Assembly (NCBI RefSeq): GCF_009914755.1
Contig: NC_060927.1
DNA: 64,000 bases
Source of the DNA: the human T2T-CHM13v2.0 reference genome, Homo sapiens
Reading direction: 5' to 3' (one strand)
The position numbers and the translations under genes are program-made. Each line of letters starts with the position of its first letter. Position 1 is the first letter of the stretch. Positions 52,330 to 64,000 of the stretch are shown here, one piece after another. The notes under the pieces are model-generated. The model saw only the letters and a list, made by a program, of their open reading frames with translations. It was not told the DNA's origin and did not search any database.

Positions 52330-53530
52330 CTGTTAGTTTAGATAGGGGCAAATATTCTGTTTTCCAAAAAGGTAGGTTATGGGAACAGATGGCCACTAAA
52401 AGTAGTATAATGTTGAGCAAAATTATTGAATGGTTAGAAAAGGAGCTCTTCATCTCTAGCCATCACTATGGGTTCATTAAATCAGGTCATTCCAAATTTT
52501 TGTTTCTACTTTAAAAAAATGGATTACTGGTAATGGATATGAGAGATATGACAGACTCATCATATATGGATTTCAGCATGGTTTTGTATACAGAATTTCT
52601 CATGGTATTCTTAGGGAGATGGGGGATGGATTAGTATTATTAACTGACTTAACACTGTTGACTAAAGAGTACTGATTAATGGTTCTAAGGATAGCTAAGG
52701 AACTGAACTTGGTTCTATTATAAATTCTCTGTGAATTTTTTTTTGTATACAACTTTGATGATAAAAAACTAACTTTTCAGATTTATAGGTGACACAAACT
52801 GGGAGGAAAAGCTAATGTATTGGCTAAAAAGTCAGTGTTGAAGGTTTGGGCTGAAACTAAGAATGGGAAAAGTGAGAGGATTAACGTACAGTTATACCGT
52901 AAAAAATCAACTATAAAAAGTTATTGGATCTATATGAAAAAGAGCATTTTTGCTGACTCAACCTAAAGCAACTTCAGGCTACATTAATATTATCATCGAG
53001 TCAAAAACAGGGAGATGATAGTCCAACTAATTCTGACTAGAGTTGACTGAAGTCTTATGTTCCATATTGGGAGCTGTGTTTTGTTGAAGAGGAACATCCA
53101 CATTTTGGAGCACAAACAGATATGCTAATGAGAACTGAAAATTTTGTAGACTATGGAGAAATAGTTAAAATGGATGAAAGGATAGCAGATATTTAATCTA
53201 GGAAGAGACTATAATAAAGATGTATGTGATAGCTGCCTTATAATATTTGATGGGACATTGCATGTTTTGTTTATATAATTTTAAAACTTCAAACTGGAAC
53301 TGATAGATGGATGTCACATCTATCTATTTTTGTTTCATAATGAAGAATTTTCTAATAAAGTTATCTGTAAAGTTAAGTAAATTGTCATTTGAGATTGTGA
53401 ATTACCCATCAGTAACAGTATTCATGTTGGTTAACTCTCTGGGAGTGATACTGTAATGGGTATTTTTGCTCTGGTTGGTAGGTTGGACTAGATAATCTTC
53501 AAGATTCCTTTTAACAGTACGATTGTATGG
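52330..53530 (+). mobile_element. L3/CR1 LINE remnant (RT region to 3' end)
   Basis: GGATTTCAGCATGGTTTT (LDFSKAF-like), GGTGACACAAACTGGGAGG (ADDTKLG-like) and the CR1 3' end GGTTGGACTAGATAATCTTCAAGATTCCTT...GATTGTATG. Confidence 0.7.
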
Positions 53531-54649
53531 AATATTAATATTTAGAGATGCTTACTCCATTTTCCATTTTGAAAAGATTCTGTCTTATTACATTTACAGA
53601 ACCTATCAAATACATTAATGTTGTATAAATATCAACTTTTAAGGAGTAGTGAGTTGAACAGTATGCTTTACTAAGCCCCCAGAAATACCAGGTTTTAGGT
53701 TGCTTGCTACTGTAGATTATGTTCTTTGCAGATTTCACACAAGTTTTAACTTAGAATGTATTTCTAAACCATTTTGGTGTTTTTTTTTAAAACATGACTT
53801 TTAGATTTCCATTACATGATTATACTGATAGAAAAGGTCAAATTGACAAGTGACTCTTTTTTTTTCCAAACAATTTATCTTTTTCATTCTCCAGGGAGAA
53901 TTGTAAAAACAGTGAATCTTCAGGTATCTGTTCAGGCATGTAGCATTTTATTTATATTGCTGTATGTAGGATATGCATTGTTTGTCAGATGAGCATCGAA
54001 CTAAATAGCTGAAACTCAGCAGTCGTTTTCAGATTTTATTTAGGAGTGAACTGTTTGCTTGCTAAAAGTGAGTAAAATTTGTTGTAATTAATCATACTTG
54101 GAAACATAATGAACCAGTTCATACTGATGTAATGAAATTGTCACTAAAGCAAGCTTAATTTTGTTGTTTTCTTTTCTTAAAACAAGGTGCACTAGTAATG
54201 GTGCACTTTATATCTGTACTGTCTTTATATCTGATAGCTCTTGTTTGTTACATGCCAGGAATTATCCTATATTTTAATATATGTCTTATTTAAATTTTCA
54301 ATAGGCCTGTGATTAAAGTGATATTAAATTCATTTTATAGGTAATTTAGAATAGAAGTTTAATGATTTTGCTAAGGTTACCAGCTAATAAGTGACAGAGC
54401 TGGAATTCAAACCTAGGTCTGTCTGCTTCCAAAGCCTATACTCTTTCCATTCTGCTGCCAATTTACCTGCTTTATTTTTCCATCTGACTCTTAACCATAA
54501 TACCTACAGGCAAGGGCAAATCTTGAGGTGCAAATAGGTAATAAAGTAGAAAAAGTAAATGTAGAAATCTGCTTATGTTATCAAATAACATCCAGAAAAT
54601 CTATAACAACATTGAAATTTGAGGGAAAAGGTTGGAACAGACAGATTTG

Positions 54650-55730
54650 TTTTTAAATTTTTTAAAACTGAACTAATTTTAGACTTACAGAATGCAGTAC
54701 AGCTATCAAGAACAGGAAAGTAACATTGGTACAATAGTCACAAAATTGTAGACCTTTTCAAATTTTTCCATTGATGTTCTTTTCCCATTCCAGGATGTTA
54801 TCCGTGATCTCACGTTGTATTTAGTTGTTTCTCCTTAGTCTCTTCCAGCCTGTAACAGTTCCTCAGCCTTTCCTTGTCTTTGCTTGCCATTTTTGAAGAG
54901 CACTGATCAGTTATTAATATTTTGTAGAATATCCCTCAGTTTGGGTTTGTCTGATGTTTGTTTTCTCGTGATGGGAATCAATCTATGCATTTTTGGCAGA
55001 AGTGCCACAAAAATGGCATTGTGTCTTTCTCAATGTATTGTTATGAAGAGATTCATGATGATAATGTATTTTATTATATAGTTCACAGGTGATATTTACC
55101 TTGATGGCTTTAAGTTTATGTGGGGGTTTTCCACTGTAATGTTACTGTCTTTATATCTGTACTGTCTTTATATCTGTTGATAAATGTCTTGGGGGAGATA
55201 CCTTGAGACTGCAAATCCTGCTTCTCCTCAAATTTTCACTAACTATTAGCATCGATGCATGGATGTTGACTGCAACATTTGTCATTGTGGTGTCTGCCTA
55301 ATGGTGCTTCTCTGTTTGTCTTTTTCCTTCTTTCACTGTAAGAAACAGCTGTCTCATTGCTAACATTTATTTAATTATTTGTATCAGTATGGACTTACAT
55401 ATATTTAATTTATTGTATGGATTAAAGTCCAATGCTATCATTATTTTGTTGTTCAAGTTGTGCCAGCTTTAGCCTTTAGGAGCTCCTTCAGGTTGGCTTC
55501 CATATTCTCATATCCTGTTGTTTTTCACAGCATTTCTCTACTTTCTGGCACCACAACATGTTCCAGGCTCATCTTGTGTTTTCCCTGTTCCACCTCTGGA
55601 ATCAGCTGCTTTGTTCCTTTTATTGGAGAATGGTATTTAGAGGCCAAGATTTGGGCACTAAGTGTGTTTACTGTTGCTGTAGAGTCATTGCTTCTAGGAT
55701 CTCTCAATGGATAGCTAGGAAATACTTTTA
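54650..55730 (-). mobile_element. L1MC-type 3' region
   Basis: GGAGAATGGTATTTAGAGGCCAAGATTTGGGCACTAAGTGTG and other antisense L1MC/MD 3'UTR text. Confidence 0.65.
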
Positions 55731-55828
55731 TATATACAACTACGTTACAAATGAATAACATAAGCATACTGAAGGGGGTAAGACTAACCTAATGTGTTTT
55801 AAAACATTTTAGGTATTTAGAAAATTAG

Positions 55829-56250
<422 letters not shown>

Positions 56251-56618
56251 CTGTGAATCAGTTTTTAAAAGTGGCTGGATTCGCTGTAAACAAATGATGA
56301 ACTTAATATTAGTGAACAGCTTGAATGACACCTATGAACTGTGAGGTGTTTGAGGTAATGAAAGTTGATGACAATGGGAGTCTTCAAGGAGGAAAGAATA
56401 ATACGGACGTGAATAGCCAACTAATAGAAATAAAGACATGCTTGATGCTGTGTTATTGATCTAGTCTGTTAATAGGGGTTTAGATATGAAGATCATTGTT
56501 TGCTCAGTGACAAACTAATGTTTGGTAGTTTTCTTTGTTACATTACAAAAAAGGAGAGCTCAATTAAGAAACAGATACTCATATTTTAGTTGATCACTTT
56601 ATATGTTTAAATAGTTGT

Positions 56619-57066
56619 GTATTACTTAGGCGGCCATAGGAAAATGCTTGGTGGCTTAAACAACAGAAATTTATTTTCTCACAGTTCTGGAGGCTGGAAG
56701 TCCCAGATCAGGATGCCAGCGTGGTCATGTTCTGGTGAGGGCTCTTTTCATGGCTTGCAGATGACCTGTGTGCTCACATGGCCATTCTTTGGTGCATGTG
56801 CATAGAGAAAGAGAGAGGTCTTTCTGCCTCCTTCTCCTTTTCCTCCCTCCCCCTCCTCACTCCTCCTCACTCCTCCTCCCTCTTCCTCCCTCTTCTTCCT
56901 CACTCTTCCTCCTCCTCACCACCAATCCTACTGGAATAGGACTTCACCTTTATGACCTCATTTAAACTTAATTACTTCCTCAAAGCCCTGTCTTCAAATA
57001 CAGTCCCATCGGGGGGTTAGGGCTTCAACAAATGAACTTTAGGAGGACAAAATTCAGTCCTTAACA
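56619..57066 (-). mobile_element. MLT1A/B-like MaLR LTR with internal CT-rich expansion (56821-56920)
   Basis: GGTGGCTTAAACAACAGAAATTTATTTTCTCACAGTTCTGGAGGCTGGAAGTCC...AATTCAGTCCTTAACA. Confidence 0.7.
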
Positions 57067-58509
57067 ATTTAGATGATATATTTTAGTGTTTCTAAATGAT
57101 TTAATGTAATTTTAACTTAATAGTTTTATGTTGTTTACATTTTGACAGTTTTGACTGATGAGTCTTTTCTCATTCTCACATTAATTTACCTTGGTTAATT
57201 AAGATATGACATTTTATAGTATATACTATATCCCATTTAGAGCAGAGTATATGCTCTTGAAAGTGCTGCTGGATTATTAGCATAGTCTAACATCTTTCTT
57301 TGGCATCAGCTTTGTCCTCTTCAATTCCCTTTATATCATAGCATGCTTCTGGCCTTGGCTATTGCTTCTGTCATCAGTGTTCCTATAATTTCTGTAAATA
57401 TTCACTACAGTAATGTTTGTTATGCTCTTCAAAATGAGAAAAGGGTTTCCACGATCCATAAAAGATTGCTAGCCTTAATCTTCTGCTTCTTAGACCATTT
57501 TCTTTAAAAGTTTAGAACTGTAGTAAGAGTGGGTTTTTAAGATCCAGGAAAACACTATTCTTATTTGTTTTAGCAGCTTCAGCGTTATCCTGGCCACCAT
57601 TATGTTAATGGCAACCTACTAGAATACCAAAAAAGAAAAAAAGTGAAAGATGTGGGGCTTACTGCCTTGTGGCCTTGTAGAACACACAGATTAGCTGAGT
57701 GCGTATGACAGCACTCACAGCATAGGAGAAAAATTTCATTTTAATAGGACAATGTAATGTACTTATTTTATATATATATATATAGAGAGAAAATATTTCA
57801 AAGAGAAATAGTGTTGAAATAGTGTTATAATGAATTACAGTGCCTGACACGACATTAAACAATGTAAAACGGTATCTAAATTTCAGTTGATTTTGTTTAT
57901 GTCCCTTTCAGGGTATTGTAGCAAACCTAATGGAGGTGTTGCCCACAAGGACTTTTATTGTGTTAGGTTTGGCCTCAGCTAGACTAGGCAAATGCATTGG
58001 TAGCCAAACCTGGATGAATGAAGGAAGCTATAATGAGAACAGAACCTGAGAAAGTAGAAAGCTTCTCTTCTAAGGAGATAAACCCAACCCATAAATAGGG
58101 AGCAGATAAGGTTGCAAGTAAACATGGACTGGGAACAAGAAAAATGTGAGGCTGTCAGGTACCTATTTTTTATGTGGCACCGGAGTAGGGGTTTGGTAAC
58201 CAGAGAAAGGCAATAAAGCTGGTCAAAGACTTCAGGGAAGAGAAAATTTAGAGCCAGGGAACCAGTGTTTTTTCTAACATTCCTCTTTTTTAGTCTGTAG
58301 TGATGACCGCATAGTTAGTAGTAGTTTTTACTTTCCAGCTAGTGAGAACTGCAAGAGCCAGACGAGATACAAGTTCAGAGACAATCTCCTTTAGCTTTTC
58401 TTTTTTATCTGTATGTGTTCCCAGAAACATTGGAAAGATGTGTGAGTACCTGGTACTGCCATTTGGAATTGTCAAGAACTGTGAAGAGTGAGATTTTATC
58501 CAAGTTTGC

Positions 58510-58949
58510 CTGCCACAGTTTTACAGGTGCTGGCAATTACACGAAACTCTTGAGTCAGAGATAATGGACTTTATTAATCATGGCACAGCAAGCAGCGTGA
58601 GTTTCGTGTTTATGATGATGCCCCTTGCTACCTCAAGTCTCATACAGTTGACATGGTAGCCCAAGTGGATGCTACACTTAGTAGGTTTTCATCACAGTTG
58701 AGGAACCTCAAGTTTAAGGAACGCTAATCTTTTATAATGGTCTACAAGCACATCTGCCTGACCTCTGCCCTAGAGGGAGAAAATATCTTCATTATACTGG
58801 CTATAAACAGGTTCTCTGCTCTGGAGGGAGACAGCATCTCTGTTTTTCAAGGCTGCTTCCTATAAATATCTTTGAAAAGATAAAGTCAGCTAGGACTTTT
58901 TGAAAAATTGTAGAAATGTGAGAGACCCATGGAAAATTGTCTCCCAGTA
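58510..58949 (-). mobile_element. Old ERVL-class LTR (LTR40-like)
   Basis: Ends GAGAGACCCATGGAAAATTGTCTCCCA, the antisense of an LTR40-like start; minus-strand AATAAA near 58570. Confidence 0.5.
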
Positions 58950-59027
58950 GGAAGTGATTAGTGTGAAAAGTCTTTTGGGCTCTGAGTGTTCTTGGCTTTT
59001 GTATTCTAGTTTTCTTAGCTTATGTAT

Positions 59028-59342
59028 CAGGAGTCAGCAAACTTTTTTCTGTAAAAGGACAGACATTAAATATTTAAGGCTTTGTAAGCCATATTCTTTC
59101 TGTCACAACTACTGAACTCAGTTGTTGTAGCAGGAAAGCAGCCACAGACAATACATAAATGGATGAACCTGGTTGTGTTCCAATAAAACCTTATTTATAG
59201 ATATTGAAATTTGAATTTCATGTAATTTTCACATATCACAAAGTGATTTTTTTTCCAACCACTTAAAAATGTAAAATCACTTTTACCTCGTGGATGTACA
59301 AAAACAAGTGGCAGGACAAATCAGGCATGCAGGCAGTAGTTT
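59028..59342 (+). mobile_element. MER58B (hAT-Charlie)
   Basis: CAGGAGTCAGCAAACTTTTTTCTGTAAAAGG...GTGTTCCAATAAAACCTTATTTATAGA...TAGTTT. Confidence 0.75.
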
Positions 59343-60077
59343 TAGATGATGGATTTTGTTAATATAATATATTGTTTTAATACAGCATTCTTGCAACATA
59401 GCAATTGATGTTTCTAAAATGTTTTCTCATAAATTACCCCAATTTGGCTTCAGAGAGCATTGTCATCTCCATTTTATGGTAAGGAAACTAATGCATTGAT
59501 AAGGAAGATGACCTGTTGACCTACCCAGATTCATAAAACTAGTTAAGTGACAGAGCCAAGACTGACTGTATTCTGGACTCTTTTCCCCATAGTATGTACA
59601 GGTTAAATATTCATAATCAGTATCATGTCATATATCTTTTGTTGTCAGAATATTCATTTATTGCCAGAATGCTTAGAGTCTTATAAATAATAATGATAAT
59701 AATAATGCATGATCGTTTCTAATTTTCTTTATTACTATATTCTACTCTCCAGCTATTTTAATATTGAATAATTGTTATTTTCACAAAAGCTGGATATAGG
59801 AGGTAAAGGGCATTAGTTAACAAAATTTGGTAAAACATTGGTAGTTGAATAGTACAGACATTCATACACTATATTTTCCATCTTTTCAAAGATAATAATT
59901 GATTTTATTTTCAGATATATATCGTCAAAATAAACAGTATAGAAGATCCCTCCCTCCAGTCACCTGTGTTCATGCCGATCTAATATTTTAATTTATCCAG
60001 TAACTTTTATGCAAATTTTTAAACTCGAGATGTTGAGAACTTTTTCTATAGTAATGTCTGGATTGCTTCTCTGTCAG

Positions 60078-60223
60078 GTGGTTGAAGATTATGCTGGAAG
60101 ATGGCAGGTCCCTTTGCCACAGCTTCAGGTTCTTCAGACTGCCCTTTGTTGTTTTACAACAGCCAGTGCATCATTCCCAGATGAATGTGAGCATGTACAA
60201 TATGTTTTGAGTAGCCTTGCTGT
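60078..60223 (+). CDS. ZNF654: Zinc finger protein 654, coding exon 2 (146 nt, ends phase 2)
   Basis: Acceptor TTGCTTCTCTGTCAG|, donor GT|GTAAGT; VVEDYAGRWQVPLPQLQVLQTALCCFTTASASFPDECEHVQYVLSSLAV continues exon 1 and resembles the ZNF292/RLF N-terminal region. Confidence 0.88.
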
Positions 60224-60511
60224 GTAAGTACTTTTTACTTCTTATAAATGCATTATTTTTCTTGATGTGTTTGAGAATTTGTTTTTGATAATTTCTTCTG
60301 AAGAAGAAACCTTTCCTAAAGTATTCCCTCAAAAAGAAATGTTTATTTTTTTCACTGAAGTATTCAGGTTTAATTTTGAACATGTAACCATAATTTTACT
60401 TTAAGTTTTAATAGTTAAATGGAATTTTGATATACAGATTCTTCTAGTTACTACAAGCACTTTACTTTCCTTTTTAATTCTCCAGATTGCCTTGGGAAGC
60501 TCTAATGGTAA

Positions 60512-61194
<683 letters not shown>

Positions 61195-61666
61195 TGAAAA
61201 TCCTGGTTTTTAAAAAATGCTTATAGAGAACTTCAAATTAAAGATTAAAAACTGAACATTTGTGATTATGCCTTCTGCCCTCCTAAGAACCCACTAAAAT
61301 TATAGTAAAGAAGTAAAAGAGAGAAGAGAATGAAAATAAATAGAGAAAGATTATCAGTGAATGAACGATTTCTACAGTTTTCTGGGGGACAGAAAGCAGA
61401 TAGAGGAATGGTCATTGCAACACAGCGGAGCAAGTCACAGCTTCATCTGTTATTTATTTATACCTCAAATTGTACTCACACCACAACAGTGGCTTATAAA
61501 AACACTTATTACAAATTGCAATAGAAAATATCAGAGTATGTCTCATAGGATAAGTATTATTATGTGAAACATTTATTTAGGGGAGAATGCAGATAAATTA
61601 ATTACAATTTTTTAATGTAGTTCAATCACCAGGCCTTACGGACAGGTTGGGGTGGGGAAACAGCAT

Positions 61667-61903
61667 TAGAGGTTGAGTATCCCTAATCTGATAATCCAAA
61701 ATCTGACATCTGAAATGCTCCAAAATTCGAAACTCTTTGAGTGCTAACGTGATACTCAAAGGAAATGCTCATTGGAACGTTACAGATTTCAGATTTCTGG
61801 ATTAGGGATGCTCAATCAGTAAGTATAAATACAAATACTACAAAATCCAAAACCTGAAACATTTCTAATTCTGAGCATTTCAGATAAGGGACACTCAACC
61901 TAT
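61667..61903 (+). mobile_element. Tigger4a/MER46-like MITE (TcMar-Tigger)
   Basis: Terminal inverted repeats AGGTTGAGTATCCCTAATCTGA / TCAGATAAGGGACACTCAACCT with flanking TA. Confidence 0.75.
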
Positions 61904-62540
61904 ACTACTTTTTTATTTCCTCTATATAAATTAAATAACCTTGGAGCAATGACCTTTGCATTCTGGCATTTACAGATTTCTCAGTGAGACTACTAGCTAA
62001 TTACTTAATTACGCTAAAGAAAAATTCATCAGTCAAGAAACTCCAGACTCATGCTCATAGGGCTCCCAATTATTTACATATGGCCTGGTTTTTACATATT
62101 AATGAATATCTAAGAATCATCAGATATTTAAAAATGCCTTCAATATGAAAAAATGCAATGAAAAAGTGAAAAATAATTTTGAAAGAAAGTGTTAATGTTG
62201 AAAATAAAAATGAAATATAAAATCTATAATTAGCATTTTTAGAGAGAATTGAGAAGTTACGTACAACATTAAAAACATCAGTATCACGCTGTGTGAAAGG
62301 AATAATGAGATATGAAAAATGAATTTGAAATTAAGAAAATATGATGGTTAAAATTTAAAGTTCTGTAGGAAGGTTGGAAGATGTAAAGCTGAAGAAGAAA
62401 TCCAGAATGTAAAACAAAACCAAAGAGAAATTTAAATGTGTGTGTGTACACTGTGCGTCTTTAAAAATTGATTTGTATATATTTGAAATTGTAGGAGGGA
62501 AAGAGAGTTTAGAATATATTATTTAGATTTGTAAGAGTGA

Positions 62541-62896
<356 letters not shown>

Positions 62897-63031
62897 TAAA
62901 AAAAACTGTATTAAAAAAATTATATTTATTTTGTGATGCCGGAAGGAATATGTGAATTTATTTGTATTTGAACTTTTTGATTATACCTGGCAAGTCTTAC
63001 TCAAGCTTACGTATTAAAAAAAAAAAAAAAA

Positions 63032-63342
<311 letters not shown>

Positions 63343-63681
63343 CTAAGCCATAGAAAAGCAAGAACTGGGACTAGTTTCAGGATTTTCTGAATCTAGAGAA
63401 TAAAATAAACAGTTGCTAGATGAGCTAATGTCATCTAGAAACTGTTTCTTTCCATCTTTCCTCTTTGGGCTTTATTCTTTCAGGGCTGTTGACAGTTCTA
63501 GGATTAAGCTCAGTTTATTAACCAAGGAGGAAGAAACCCCTTCTGCCTACTACAGATCCCAAAAATATCTTGAGAAGAACTCTGGTCAGACCTGAGTTAT
63601 GTTCCTACTGCTTAGATTAATCACTGTGTTGAGAATGTCATAAGATTTTGGGCTAGTCCATGGCTAGGGAAAAGGAGAATA

Positions 63682-64000
63682 AGTCATGCGCTGCATAAAG
63701 ATGTTTCATATGAGATGGTGGTACCATGAGATTATAATGGAGCTGAAAAATTCCTATTGCCTAGTGAAGTCATAGCTGCCATAATGTAGTGCAACACATT
63801 ATTCATGCTTGTGGTGATGCTGGTGTAAACAAACCTACGGCTCTGCCAGTTAGATAAAAGTATAGCATATAGAATTATACATATAATACATAATACTTGA
63901 CAGTGATAATTATATTATTGATTTATGTACATGCTCTACTTTTTATTGTTATTTTAGAGTGTACCTCTTCTACCTATTAAAAAAAGGTTAACTGTAAAAC
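63682..64000 (+). mobile_element. Tigger3/MER7-family DNA transposon, truncated by window edge
   Basis: AGTCATGCGCTGCATAA...GATTATAATGGAGCTGAAAAATTCCTATTGCCTAGTG...GATGCTGGTGTAAACAAACCTAC. Confidence 0.75.

Overview
Primate (human) genomic DNA, recognisable as the CGGBP1/ZNF654 locus; a human-specific AluYa8 supports human origin. The first ~25 kb is intergenic and made largely of mobile-element fossils: two minus-strand ERVL proviruses, three LTR1-type solo LTRs, MaLR LTRs, L1/L2 fragments and Alus. CGGBP1 lies on the minus strand, with three inferred non-coding exons, a single-exon 167-aa CDS at 29319-29822 and a ~3.4 kb 3'UTR. It shares a CpG-island bidirectional promoter (~32.9-33.1 kb) with ZNF654 on the plus strand (coding exon 1 33161-33346, a 26.7 kb intron, exon 2 60078-60223). 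The most interesting signals concern translational control of CGGBP1: a UGA-CUAG readthrough context opening a Cys/His-rich 30-aa extension, five upstream AUGs including one uORF overlapping the start codon, and a candidate cassette exon that would remove that overlap. Also notable are candidate recursive/poison splice sites and template-switch repeats in ZNF654 intron 1. Repeat family names come from recognition by eye and need RepeatMasker/Dfam confirmation.
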